A DNA stretch of 64,000 nucleotides from assembly GCA_028023455.1 (NCBI GenBank), contig JAQFVV010000004.1:18662001-18726000 (forward strand), in the 5' to 3' direction. This document shows, one piece after another, positions 1 through 13,644 of the stretch. The stretch's first letter is position 1. Every line of letters starts with the position of its first letter. The notes beneath the pieces are model-generated. The model had not been told where the DNA came from. It made no database searches and was given only the letters and a program-made list of their open reading frames with translations. Source of the stretch: Epiperipatus broadwayi. Taxonomy: Eukaryota; Animalia; Onychophora. Both the position numbers and the translations under genes were made by a program.

Positions 1-887
1 TAATGTTCCCGGGCTAGCGATTCTCTATTAATATTGACTTTTTTTTGTTTTGTTTTGTTTACAAATTTTACTTCCTTTCGTTTTCATAAAATGAGAAACA
101 GACTTTAAAAAATATTTAATTGTAAACCTTTGACAACAAATAAATATGATAAATATATAATAATACTTGATTCTTAATAGATTTGTTGATTTGTAGTAAT
201 TACAATTTTTTTGACCTGTTTTAGAAAATGTGTACATTCAAGAATGTAGTACCACATATCAATATTAGGAAGATACTAGCATAAAGAACAAAACTCTTGA
301 GAGTAAACAAGAAAAAGAGAACAATATAAGCAAAATGCTTGTTATGATGTGCTGTTTATACAAAATGGATTGGAATATAAAGAAGGAAGTGTTTAAGCAC
401 AAAAGTGATCAGACACACAATGAATTGAGCAGTTTTCATATATTTTTTCAATAGAGTTTAGATATTTTGTTTTTTCAATTAAAAATTTTCATGATCCCCA
501 ACAATTTTTCTGTGACTCCTTGTGGAGTCTCCCACAGGTTGCATTGCTGAGTTATAGTATAATATTAGCCTGTTATAATGCAGAAGCATCTTAGACATTA
601 GCATGCTGTCTTCAATTATCAGAAGCACTACTAAGAATAACATTGTTTTTCTTATTTTTGTAAATATTATTATATTTACCATTAATTATAAGATTATTGC
701 AGGTTCTACTGCTATCCTAAATGTTTTTTTTTTAAAAAAAAAATGTAATATTTGATCAATAAAATCCTTTGAAACATATTAAATTTAGTTATAGTATAAT
801 TTTTTTTAAATAGAAGATAATATTAAAGTTTCGTTCATCGTTGATGGTAATAAAATTATAAATATAGCATTTTATTTTTTAGAGTTA

Positions 888-1570
888 AAACAGGCAAAAC
901 TCTCCATACAGTATTGCAACCCAGTGCAAACCAGAGTAATCAATGGATGCCAGAAGGCTTGTGCATAAAATCCCCATCTAGTGCCTATTCATCCAATATC
1001 CCCAAACTAGTTACTGGCTTGTGGAGCCTTGGATTTGAGAGCACTGCACCTAGATTTTAGGATCTAATGCAACCCTCCAGCAGCCATCTTTTATCTCTAC
1101 TTAACTACAAAACTATGAATCTTAAATTGAAAACACAATAATATTTTCAATCCAAGCTCATTAGCTTATATAGTCATATAGGTCTGAACTCAGTTCAGTA
1201 CCTATACATTTTGGTGTTTTTGGTTCTTTAATTACCATATCCACCACTATCCTATTAGACAGGATTGGTTTTAAGCCAATAAACATCACATGATTACCAT
1301 TTCTTATGCTTGTTTATAACTATTGTTAAAACAGGCAAAACTCTCCATATAGTATTTCCACTCAGTGGAAGCCAGAGGGCAAACGAAGGCCACAAGCCAG
1401 AAACTAATCTGGGAATATTGGATGAGTAGGCACTAGATAGGGATTTTATGCACGAGCTTTTTAGCATCCATTGATTACTCTGGCTTGCACTGAGTGGCAA
1501 TACGGTATGGAGAATTTTGCCTGTTTTAACAACAGTTATAAGCAGCATAAGAAATGGTGATCATGTGAGG
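888..1570. mobile_element. Hammerhead-carrying ~450-bp repeat (non-autonomous Penelope-like/retrozyme), locus 1: one unit + partial unit + inverted arm
   Basis: 10-bp TSD tttagagtta at 878-887 and 1571-1580; unit period 441 (890->1331); inversion near 1377-1383. Both ribozymes here are broken: core deleted at 991-1034, 5'-truncated at 1383-1423. Confidence 0.88.
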
Positions 1571-2458
1571 TTTAGAGTTAGTGATGCCATATTATATGTA
1601 TATAAAAATGCACTTATAATAATTGTATAAGTGAATTAAAACAGTCTTTTAAATACCCATAGCTCCAAATAAAGAATTCTGAAAATAAATAACATTACTC
1701 ACCAGGCCTGAAAATTGATTAGTGAATATTTGAATATTCATTTCATGCTTGTTTTATCCTATAACTTAGAAAAGCTACATATAAATATGATCATACTGAA
1801 AATAATTATTGCCTTTTTATATTAATAAAGCACTTTTTTTAAGTTTCTGCATTACGAAAATGATTATTTGTGAGCTTCAGATCATGAAACTTTGATTCAT
1901 GAAACAGCTTGTTATTGGATTAAGAATATGTGAAATCACAGACAATTCAAACAATTATTGAAAAAGACTTCAGTTGAAGTGCATTAAGCTTGTATCAAAA
2001 TATTTTATGTAAATATATAAGTAAAATTTTAGGTGTTTATAAATATATAATGAGTAACAAGTTATGTTGTCATTATATCTTTTGAATGAAAAAAGCAAAA
2101 GAAAGATCCAATGTTATAGTTCATTCTACACACATATATAATAAAAGACAAAGCACTCTAAAACCTTACCAATATCCCTCTAGAGAGAATGTGATGCATA
2201 AAATAATACTTATCTGAGTAGATAAATGACAAGTGATAAGGATTTGATGTTTCTTCCCTATGTTATTGTCTAACTAAAAAGGCTAGATATCCTTTTAGCA
2301 ATAAACAGTTGATAGCTGGATAGATGATTGTAGTTAGATAAAAGTAAAAATTCTACGCTTATTCCAAGATGAATAATTTTTGTAATTTCACCTCGATTTA
2401 ATCTCGGGTCATGGACACTATCAACAAATAAATAATCACTATGTCATGAGACCCTTCT

Positions 2459-2461
<3 letters not shown>

Positions 2462-2490
<29 letters not shown>
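2462..2490. repeat. (TA)n microsatellite
   Basis: Uninterrupted TA run. Confidence 0.95.
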
Positions 2491-2493
<3 letters not shown>

Positions 2494-2669
2494 TACACAC
2501 CCACTGGTTATTATATCTATTTAGAATTTATATAAATTATTCATACATGATGGTCGAGATTATATATGACTGGATTGGTATAAATATTTTTTTGATCTGA
2601 TTAAAGCAATTATAAAAATAACTTTTACTTTATACACATATAAAATATACATAAAAAATAGTAACTCAC

Positions 2670-2902
2670 ATCTTTTCTAGATATTTCCATCAATCCATCT
2701 AGTTTTGTGTCTTTGTAGAATGGAGATCCAGAAGCTGCATATCGGACATCAACATAAGGAGGTTTAACTGTTGTATTTCCCAAAACAGTAAATATTAAAA
2801 CCTTTTCTGAACTTGTTCCAGCCAATCGAGCAATTTCTCGCCTCAATTTATTGTATTTACTTTCTCCCTTTTCATCATCAATAAAATCTTCAGCTGTAGT
2901 TC
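2670..2902 (-). CDS. CadN: Cadherin exon, 233 nt, phase 1-0, NC (SEA-like) domain
   Basis: ttaattag|GA ACT ACA ... AAA GAT|gtgagt. Encodes GTTAEDFIDD...VDVRYAASGSPFYKDTKLDG; the GSP motif at 2721-2729 matches the non-chordate cadherin cleavage motif. Confidence 0.93.
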
Positions 2903-5123
2903 CTAATTAACATTTAAATATAATAATTTGTGAAATACACAGTTATAAATGATATAACATTACTAATAATGATTGTTTATATCAACTTTAGCTAACACTG
3001 TAAAAATGATCAATTCAAATATTAGTCACTAACAGACACAGAAATATAATATAGTTACACTCGTATTAATTAGTATATCAGAATATTCAAAATTTTTATA
3101 ATATTAACTATTTTTTACAATTATAATTAATAATATATTTGAAATAATTAAAATATAATGCTTCAAAGTTCTTTAAAAATAACAAAAAAAAAAAAAACCA
3201 CATTAACTTTAATAAAAAAACAATAAAAATCATTAACCAAAAAATATATGTGCAGTCCTCTAATTATATAAATCAACTTACATAAATTCAAAAAAGTGAA
3301 ATATTAAAATAAAAAAACTGATGCATAAGTTAAAATAGCCCTCATTTTTAATTTGTCTCATGTTATAATAAGAACATCTTTTATGATATATTGGAATGTT
3401 AATTTTATTTATTAAAAAATATTTTCATTATTTCTGTAAGATGATTAATGATAAATATGCACTAAAAAAAAAAAAGAAAGACTGATATAAAATTTGGCTA
3501 ACGTAATAAATCAAGAACTTGTCATATGGTAAGTGGTCGTAAATGTGTAATATTTTATCAGATAGTTTAAAACTTGAGGCGCAAAATATCCATTCATAAT
3601 ACTAGTACAAACAACAGTATAATCATCAAATATAAACTGCATAAAAAATATTCTGATGAGATGCAGTAACATTTGAACTTTATTGCTTAGAACTGCATTA
3701 TTTCTTTAATACTTAATCACAAATCTCAGTTTATATTAGGCAAGTATCCAAAATATCATCAAAAGCAAACAAGAGTTCATAGTTTAGTTCAATTCTTTAA
3801 ACAATATCCATAACATATGAAGATAATATTATAATCGCAAGTGCTATCTTAATTTGCTTATCAAACAATATCACAAATTATAGAATTAAAAATTAGCAGC
3901 ATAACAATCAGTTATAGAAATGCTGATACCAACAAACTTTACAGGATCTTCCAGCATATTTTAGTATAGATTTACATAAAATTAAATTTTAAAAAAAAAA
4001 AAAAAATTATCTTGCAATTTCCAACAAAATATAGCAAAATTAAAATAGATAATAATTTGTGTCACTTTGACAAATACAGCCTATAGTCATAGCTTTCATG
4101 ATCTTGTTAAATTATTTTCAACATCCGCAATAATCCATTTTATCATTCTATTATAAAATTGAAATAATCAATAGGCACTAGAGGATAGTACCAACCAAAT
4201 CACTAGAGTAAATTCTGGTTTTTATGAGTAAAAGAGATTTGGGTTTGCATATACAGACATACAGCAATTATGCTGATGTAAACTATTAACCAGAAATTAG
4301 TCTGGGGATTTAATGTAATGTCCACTGATTATTAAGTTTACACTAAATAACTCTGAAATAGATTAAGTAATAAAGTGAATCATTTCCTTTAATGAAAACA
4401 CCACCATCGGAGGACTACAACTACTTTGTCAAGATTTATTACAAATGAAGCCTTACTAATCTTAAAAATATATTTTCAAATATGAGTTTATCACTCTTTC
4501 TTAATAAACTGGCAAGCTTTCTAGAGAATAAAAATTATATCAGTCCTTTCATTACCACATGTGTAACATGCTATCAATTACTTTACCTGAAATTTAAAAT
4601 TCATTACTACTCTTGTCTCAATTCTTTAAATACAACTTTAAAACATATATTATACTATACTATTAAATATTTCTTAATTGAAAACAATTACTAAAGTTTC
4701 AAGGTAAATGAAATAAAAAGAAAAACTTAAAACTTTGACAATTTAAAAATTAAATTAACTCGTGTATTCTAAGTAAAAAAAAAAAAATCAATAAAATTAC
4801 AGATATCAGAGGAGGGGTGTTAAAATTTTTTAGGATGTAATGTTTTTGTTTTTCTTTTTTTCAATGGATTCAAAAATTATCTTATACATATGCACAATCA
4901 TTATTGTTCAGTATCAAAATAACTGTCTAGTAACAAATACTTTGTTACAGCATTTTCTTAAAATGTAACAAAAGCAAAAAAAAAAAAGAGAGAGAGAGCA
5001 GAATAAAATTTAGACAAAAAATAATAAAAGTTTTGAAAAATAATCATAAATATAGTATTAATATATATATATTTAATATTATCACAGAATATAAAATATT
5101 CAAATGTCAAAATATATATGTAC

Positions 5124-5420
5124 CTGTTATTCTCAATGAACCAGAGCTGAATACTGCTTCATCTCTAATTTCTTTGATATACACGTTTACATCCCCTGTG
5201 ACAGTTTTATCATACTTCTTGTCATATACATTCACTTGGAAGCTATATGGTACCCGCTGAATTGGTGTGTTGGCTTTCATAGTCAACATACCAGAATGTT
5301 TGTCCAACAAAAAATATGAGGGTGGAGGTTGAGTCTTCCAAGTGAATTCTTTGTCATCTAAATCGTTGTCATCAGGATCATCAATACTAACCTGACCAAT
5401 TGGAGTTTCTGGCAATTTCC
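5124..5420 (-). CDS. CadN: Cadherin exon, 297 nt, phase 1-1 (last EC repeat)
   Basis: ttaaacag|GG AAA TTG CCA ... ACA G|gtaca. Encodes GKLPETPIGQVSIDDPDDNDLDDKEF...EAVFSSGSLRIT. Confidence 0.95.
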
Positions 5421-6778
5421 CTGTTTAAAAAAATTATAAATATATTAAGCAAATGGAAGTAATTAAACAAATCAAAGTGTATTATTATTCAATTGCTTAA
5501 AAATTTCCACAAGTCAAAAAAAAAAAATTATATGAAACTATTGACAAAATAACTGGATTAAGTCTGAACCTTTCAAATTTAAACAGAGTCATCAAATTCT
5601 TTGTGCCGGGTACAGTGGAGCAGACGTAACCAAAATTATTTAATATTTCAAGATCAATAAATGACTGTATTCACAAAAGACAGAAAAGGAAATTTATTAA
5701 ATTCAACTAAAATTTAATAAAAAACCAAAAACAATGCTTTCTGATGACATTACAAAGGAGTATAGACAAAACCACAACATACAATTATTATATTACTACT
5801 GAAATCAAAACACAACTAAATGCTTCAGTATATATTATATTGTGAGTTTTGCGAAAAAAAATTACAGACAAAATCATCTCCAAGCAACTGATTTTAATAT
5901 GTAAGCTATTATAATAAATTAATGGATACATGATTACTAGAATATTGGCATATGATTGGCAAATTATTGTTTGCACTTTTCCCAATCAGTGAAATAGCTT
6001 AAGTCTATGATTTGAAAAAAAAAAAAAAAACTGCCCATCAAACTGTCTCCAACTATCCACTCAGATAAAAATTGAGTTGAAAAACATGGCATACATAATA
6101 TATATATCCATTATAGTTTTTCCAATCATCTAATTTTAATATTATTGAACCTCTTAATGGACAAATCTTTAGCAATAAATGAGAAATTGACATTCTCTTA
6201 TTACTTCCTCACATAAAAAGATACAGTTTTATTATTATTATTATTGTGCTATATTATATTATAGTTTCTCATGTATTCTATCTAGAATTGAATTATATAA
6301 TTTGAATAGTATTTAAATAAATATTAAGCCATTCTTCATGGAAAAAAGATTCAAGTATTATAAAAGATAACAATGGTAGATATCATTCTCTCATTTGTTA
6401 TTTAATATGAGCCTACAACTTAATATTTAAATTAAATGACTAATAGGATCCTGTTCTTAATCCAATGTTTAACTGCATGGATTGTATAATATTGGAAGTG
6501 GCAATAATATTGAAACAGTCTGCAGCAAGAAATGAATTGGCTCCAAAAACATTCAAATAATAATGTGAAGATATAATGTGTTGTTCCATGCTGAATAAAA
6601 TTAAAAAAACAAGAAAATATGATATAGCTGTCTAAATTATTAAATACCTTTTTATATTTGAAATATTATGGGGAAAGGGGACATAATTTTATTGACTTAA
6701 TATTTTAGTCAAAATAAGGTTTTTCAAAAATTAATTCTCAAGAAAAAATTATTCTCACCCAATTCTAATATATATATA

Positions 6779-7736
6779 TACCTGGGTGTCTTTTTACGCA
6801 GATTTATTTAACGCAATTTTGAAGTTACGCGATCCACGTTTCTCCGGAAGTCGAACTTCGATAATGCGCTATTACTTTAAATAATAAATTCCGCGTATAT
6901 TGATAGTCATAGCACATTATTGGAATTCGACTTTCATCTTAGTAATTTCAATATTTTCAGTGCTTTATAATAGTAAGATTTTATGCAATAATGAAATTAA
7001 AATCATGATTTCCACATTTTATATATACACACATTAAATTTTACAAGATTATAATGTAAATTTGTTCAAACATTGTGCGTGTTAATTTTGCATTTTAAAT
7101 CACATTCTGTTTTTGCTTTTTAAAAAAGAACGTAATCAATTATTAATCATTTAGTGTCCCCAAGTTTATTTTTAAAAGGTGAGTAATAACAGTGGGCACA
7201 ATTAAAATTGAAAATTAAAAAATTAAAGACAAAAATAAGAATTTAATTTTTAGTTGTTAGATTAATTACTAATTACGTTGTCACCAGAAAACCATTAACA
7301 CAACGTGAGTGACATTGGTGCTAGTTGTATTTCCTCTTGTGAAGAATCTGATTTTTTACCAGTTTGCAAACGAACCTGTTTATCGGCAAATAGTGATAAT
7401 AATTATAACGTGTATAAAAAAATGTAAATTACTGTAAATTATGCATAAAAATATATTGTTTTGAATAAAATTAAATATTATAGTTAAAAGAAGTTTGTCT
7501 TGTATCAATTTTTTTCAAATTTGAAATTTTTTATTAGTCACATTTTATTTCCTTATTTTTTTTTTTTGCGCGAATTTTAAAGTAATTTTACATTGGTGCT
7601 TTGCTTTTACGCGATTTTTGAAAAATCACAGTCCGTATCCCCCCTTTTTCAAGGTAAGTTACGTTTATTTTTGCGCGATTTCGTTTGCGCGTGTTTTCTG
7701 AGGAACCTATCTATCGCGTAAAACGAGACCCAGGTG
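6779..7736. mobile_element. MITE, Tc1/mariner (pogo/Tigger-like), copy 1
   Basis: Imperfect TIR cctgggtgtctttttacgc / gcgtaaaacgagacccagg; TA flanks within a (TA)n tract; near-identical copy at 31031-31980. Confidence 0.85.
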
Positions 7737-8885
7737 TATATATATAGCAGCAATAGCCTTATAGTCCTTGCACTAATCTTTTCACCTGTAAGTTCACATA
7801 TTCTATGCAACTTTAATGCTACTATTTAATTTTTGTATGAAATAGAGTTTGCTAATAGATACATTATATTTATAACATTTTTTTCTCAATAAAATAATGT
7901 ACAGGTTCTATAATACATTCTTATATTATGAATAAAAAAATATTCAAATTTAAGTTTAACTATTGATATATTTTGCTTTCATCAGAATTTCAATATTTGG
8001 AGTTAACATAGAACATTTTTAAATTTAACGCAATCAGCTGTAACTCCGTTTTATTTTTACCAATTTCACTGATAAAAATAATTTTTGTAAAGAACAAAAC
8101 TGTCTTACAAAGGAGGAATAATTATAAAATGTTAAAATTACTTATAGACTTGCTCTAGTTTAGTTCTCAAAATTAGACAAATATTTACTTACAGAATCAA
8201 TACTGATTTTTTTTTTTAAGTTTCACTCGATAAATTTGTAGTTTTTTTTTTTTTATCCCCCTCAATTTTTAATAAAAATTATTTTCAGATTACAGTAATG
8301 CTAAACTTCTTGCTTTCTGGTTAACTAAGAAGGAAGTACTACATAAAAGAGTATTTTTATTAAGGTCAATAATCCTTGATTCTTTCCCAGAAACAAATCT
8401 ATTCAATAAGATTTCATCTTTATGTACACATCAAAATAGATGCTACAAGAGTAGATCAATGCAGTTCATTTTGTGTTCAGAATTAATTATTTTAAATATA
8501 CATCAAGCAAACAGTTTCCAAAAATTCAAACTATTATGTATTATATTATAAGCCAAATCCTTTTGCTTACTTCACACTACTTATGTCAAAATCTATGACA
8601 TCAGTGTTTGTATTTTCATATGTCAAGCATTCATGAAAAATATTCTCACTAAAGAGAAATAAATTTGTTTCTCAAAAAAAATTCTATGGCATACAACTCT
8701 CTATAGTCTTTGAAAATGCATATCTGCTACATAGTCACCTCGTTATCTGATAAATACATATTAAATACCTGTAATTTCAATTTATTCTGCTTTTATTTGT
8801 ACCTCGCTTTTTCGTCATGTATATATGAATGTGTGAATGTCCATAAGGAATTTTTCATAAAACAAAAGAAAGAAAAAAATTTTAC

Positions 8886-9095
8886 CTTTATAATTGTAAA
8901 CAAAAATATCTTTTTTTCCATCAAAGGGCTCATTGTCATTAATGTCACCAATTTCAATGGTCAGAATGCTAGTACCATTCATTGATGTCTCCCCACTATC
9001 TTGAATGATTATAGGCATATAGTAAAATTTCTGTTTCTCTCGATCAAATTCACGTAGTGATCGAATTTTGGCACTACCTTCGCCATTAAAACCAG
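8886..9095 (-). CDS. CadN: Cadherin exon, 210 nt, phase 1-1
   Basis: ttttcttag|CT GGT TTT AAT ... AAA G|gtaaa. Encodes SGFNGEGSAKIRSLREFDREKQKFYYMPIIIQDSG...IGDINDNEPFDGKKDIFVYNYK. Confidence 0.95.
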
Positions 9096-9539
9096 CTAAG
9101 AAAAGTACAAAAGAAAAAAAGGATTTTAATTAATATTAAAACTTTAATAAAAATGAAAAAAATAACTTTGTTAACTTGCTTAAAAAATAACTGAATTATT
9201 TTCTGATTATAACATATCAGATGAATTCTTGTAATTGTGAAAATAATTAATGTTATTTTATATATCAATTTTTACTATTAATTATGCTTTTTATTTTTAA
9301 TTTAAACTTAGTGACTAAATAAATTAGCACAAATAAATATATGGGTATAAAATAAATATATATCTAGAAGCAGTTGCAAAACTAATCCTTTGTGAATAAT
9401 ATTCTACAATTTTATATTATATAATACAAAAATATGTACTTTTATATAAAATTTAGAATTTCACAATTACTTGAATATTAACAGTATGCATATCCTTATT
9501 ACCAATGTAAAATCTCAGATACTATCTAGAGCTTCAAAT

Positions 9540-11050
9540 GCGCATATCACCATCATCACTTCCAATTGTTATCATTCAACAGCTTTCTTATCCATCTAAT
9601 ATACAATTTTTTTTCTAGATCATTCACAATCTATTGGGATCCAGTTTAAAGCTTCAAATGTCCATCTATTGTTATCTCTGCTAGCAATATGTCCATACAG
9701 TCTCCTAACTCTTTCAGTAATGTTTAATGACACCTATTTGTTTTCTCATTCATATATTTCATTTTTACTCCCCCCTTGTTACTCCCAAAGAAAATTTCAC
9801 CATATTTTGTTATGTGGCCTGTGTTGTTGTTCTATTAACTGTTCAAATTTTAAATATGTGTATAAAAGTAATAAAACACATCTACTTTAAACTTATGAAA
9901 TATTTCCTTTAAATATTAAGTTATTTCAAGCAAAAATGCTCCATCTAAATTTAATTCTATATTTCCATCTGTTTTAATAATTTAATCAAAGTATTTGTAG
10001 TTGTTAACTACTTCTAATTCATGATTGCCAAACTTTATTTTTTTCTTTTATGAAATATTATATTAGGGATTTTTTTTTTTTTTGTATTACTTATAGTCCT
10101 TTCTTACTTTATGATAACTTCTGCAACCAGTACTGTAAAAATAATCACTTAACAGCAAAATGTAATGACTTAAATAATCTCAATGTACTTTTATTTCCTT
10201 AGCTTCCCATTTTAATCCGAAAAATATTTATAAAACCGCTATAAAAAAGTTTTGGAGATATAGAATCAACCTGTCATATATCCTTATCACTATTGATTTA
10301 CTTAGTATTATCATGTAATCTACTACTGTATTTTGATAAATGTTCTTCAATACTATAGATTTAATATCCTGATGGTCCAAAGCTTTATTCATTGTGGAAA
10401 TGCTTATAGAATCAAATGCCTTTTCATAATCTACAAATACAATGACAATTTATACTCATTGGTCCTTTCTATAATTTCTCTTGAGGAATCAAGCTTATTC
10501 TTTTGAGTGATTTGCATCCAAAGTTCAATATAAATGAATTATAATTGATAGCAGATTGATAGACCTATAAATTTCTAATACCTTTTAAAATATTAATATC
10601 ACTATTGCAGTCTTTCAACTGCATCTGTTAATGCATCTTCATCATTTAGACATTGGATATATAATATTGGCAACAAGTTTTCTATTTTTTTCACCAACAT
10701 TTTTTAAGATATCAATAATTCCATTATTTTCTGGGCTTTTCTTCTCCTCAGATTTGATTCCATGTATCATCTCTTCATTTGAAATGCTTAGCAATTTAGA
10801 TGTTGTAATTGTAGAAGTTGCTTTGGCTTTCTTATTATAATTACTATATAATTCTTTGTAGAACTCTTTCATGTATTTTATGAGGTCAACCTTTTTTTAA
10901 GTATTACTTCCATGTTTCAGAATATTGCTGAAATTATTTTCTTCCAAATATCACGATGTTGTTTTAAATTTTTAAGACTTTTTTTCTTTTATAAATTTTC
11001 TTGCCAATTTACATGTGCTAATTACTATCTTATAAATAAATAAGATTATT
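9540..11050 (-). mobile_element. RTE-like LINE fragment, heavily decayed
   Basis: Minus strand encodes RT motif FVDYEKAFDS (10409-10437), a KSPENNGI pre-RT segment and a post-RT GHIAR-like C-terminus. Boundaries approximate. Confidence 0.75.
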
Positions 11051-11803
11051 TTATTTCTATAATACTAGTTGTTCTCAGGTGTTATAGTTGCAGTAATAAT
11101 AGTTATCTAATTTGATATCAAAAGTTATTCTAGAAATCATTTTAGAAAAAACATTAGACAAAAATGTTATAAATATTGTTTGCTTACATAAAGATATGTT
11201 TTACTTTCTTATCTGAAATTAACCTATATATACCTACATTTAGATATAGTAATCTTAAGACAGATTTCAATATATTAACAATTTATTTTAGATTCAAAGT
11301 CTCTCTTTAATTAATTATGTTTTTGTTCTAAAAGTATCCATTTTTAATAAATTATGATCCAGATAACATCCTAAATAAAAAAGTGCTTAGATATAATTAT
11401 TAAACAAACACAAAAAAATTTAATTGACTTTAATAAATTAGTGTTAAGATTAGTAATAATGTTCTTAGCTGTGATAACGAAAATTGATGTTTTAAAATAA
11501 ATATAAAACAAAAAATGCAGATAGTTATCATTTATGAAAAATGATTTCAGAGATTTAACAAAAACTGAAAACAATTATTGGAAATCTAATTAAATTGAAA
11601 TATATAAACAATATAATTTATCCAAATATATAGTTATAATTACAAAAATCCTGTTAGAAAAACACAACCATTGCAAAACATAACTCTATTGAAAGCTATT
11701 AACACAGGCAAAACTCTCTATACTTATTGCCACTCAGTGCAAGCCAGAGTAATCAATGGATGCCAGAAGGCTTGTGCATAAAATCCCCATCTAGTGCCTA
11801 CTC

Positions 11804-11861
11804 ATGCAATATCCCCAAACTAGTTTCTGGCTTATGGCCTTCATCAGTGAGGAGCCTGGAT
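11804..11861 (-). ncRNA. Minimal type I hammerhead ribozyme (GUU triplet)
   Basis: Minus strand reads UCCUCA CUGAUGA AGGC cauaa GCCA GAAA CUAG UU UGGGGA: intact core, paired helix I, palindromic helix III, A.A mismatch at the base of helix II. Confidence 0.8.
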
Positions 11862-12250
11862 CTGAAGAGCACTGCAGCTAGATCTTAGGATCTAATGCAA
11901 CCCTCCAGCAGCCACCTTTTATCTCTTCTTAACTACTAAACTATGAGACTTAAATTGAAAACACTATAATATTTTCAATCCAAGCTCATCGGCTTATATA
12001 GTCATGTAGGTCTGAACTCAGTTCAGTAACTATACACTTTGGTGTCTTTAATAACCATAGCCACCACTATTCTATTAGGCAGGATTGGTTTTAAGCCAAT
12101 AGACATCATATGATCACTATTTCTTATGCTTGCTCTTAACTGTTATTAAAACAGGCAAAACTCTCTATATGTATTGCCACTCAGTGCAAGCCAGAGTAAT
12201 CAATGGATGCCAGAAGGCTTGTGCATAAAATCTCCATCTAGTGCCTACTC

Positions 12251-12309
12251 ATCCAATATCCTCAGACTAGTTTCAGGCTTGTGGCCTTCGTCAGTGAGGA
12301 GCCTTAGAT
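12251..12309 (-). ncRNA. Minimal type I hammerhead ribozyme, best-formed copy
   Basis: Minus strand reads UCCUCA CUGACGA AGGC cacaa GCCU GAAA CUAG UC UGAGGA. Helix I (6 bp) and helix II (4 bp) are Watson-Crick, with ACUAGU palindrome and GUC site; predicted cut between 12265 and 12264. Confidence 0.92.
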
Positions 12310-13644
12310 CTGAGAGCACTGCACCTAGATCTTAGGATTTAATGCAACCCTCCAGCAGCTACCTTTTATCTCTACTTAACTACAAAACTATGAGACTTAA
12401 ATTGAAAATACCATAATATTTTCAATCCAAGCTCATCAGCTTATATATTCATATAGGTCTGAACTCAGTTCAGTACCTATACATTTTGGTGTGGCTTCCA
12501 CTGTATAGAGAGTTTTGCCTGTTTTAATAACAGTTGAGAACAAGCATAAGAACTAGTGATCATGTGATGACTATTGAAAGCTCTGAATGATTATATTTAA
12601 AATCATTTACACAATTTCTTTGACATTGCTGGAAATTTTTTGATCTCAATTATTTTTTCATACCAAATCCTTCTTACACTTTGCATATATACTTTTTTTA
12701 ATAATTGCTAATGTAAATCTGTATTTTCATAATGACGATGTTCATTAAAAAATAGTTTCTGTGAATCAAATGTAATCAATCAATCTGAATTCTTCTGTCT
12801 CTTAATAAAGAAGAATCACTTTTTATGTTTAAATTTTATTAATGTTTTGACTACTTTCAGGAGGTCATCTTTAAGATAATAAATGTTATATATATTGTGA
12901 CAACATATTCAGTTTGTCAAAAATATATACTGTTGATTAAATTTATATTATATATAAAAAAAAAATCCTCTAATGATTTTAAAATATTTTGGGAGAGTGC
13001 CTAAATTCAACAGGTAACACATTTAAAATTAAAAGCTATTTAAATATTAGTTTAATTTAAAAAAATGCATTTCTGTAATTATTTAGTAATTTAATATTTT
13101 AATATAATATTTAAATTAGTGTATGTGCATATATCCTTAAATGTGATTACATATACACACATTACAAGGGAATGTTCATTTTAAATAATTGTTTGGTATA
13201 TTTTATTTTTGTTTAAGCAATGACATAAAGGATTATATAATAAACATCACAAAGTATTAAGAGACAATTAATTAGAACTGAAGTGTCAGAAAATAGTGAG
13301 AATTTGTTTGTTTAGTTTTTTTTAAATATGTATATTCACTTAGTAAATAATCTTTATATAACAGCATATCTAAAAGTTAACAATATACAAATGAAATTTA
13401 ATAGAGTGTTGAATTTGCCACAAAAGAATATTTTTAAAAAACGATCTCAAAATAACAGGTTACATGTTTTGTCATTTTCTTGAAATCTGTATTAAAATTT
13501 GGTCATTTTATTACTTCAACTGATATGAAACAAAAAAATATATATCAATATTAAATAAATTGACAACTTTCAAAATATAGTTGGAAATATTTTTCTATTA
13601 GTTAGTTACCTGTAAGAGAAAAGAACAAAAGTATTGTAAAATAT

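Larger units (their letters stand above)
11698..12570. mobile_element. Hammerhead-carrying repeat, locus 2: ~1.8 tandem units + short inverted arm
   Basis: 12-bp TSD ctattgaaagct at 11686-11697 and 12571-12582; period 447 (11704->12151); inversion near 12500. Confidence 0.92.

Noticed and set aside
479-682. ORF as the next downstream cadherin exon (EGF region)
   Set aside because: No cysteine pattern or similarity to the expected IxxxxGINITMVGIDEC-type sequence; the next exon is probably left of the window.
991-1034. Locus-1 hammerhead as a functional ribozyme
   Set aside because: CUGANGA core deleted and GAAA mutated to GUAA.
1294-1548. 84-aa ORF and other short ORFs in the track that overlap repeats or AT-rich intron
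   Set aside because: Low-complexity F/I/K/L-rich translations with no recognisable domain or splice context; not called as genes.
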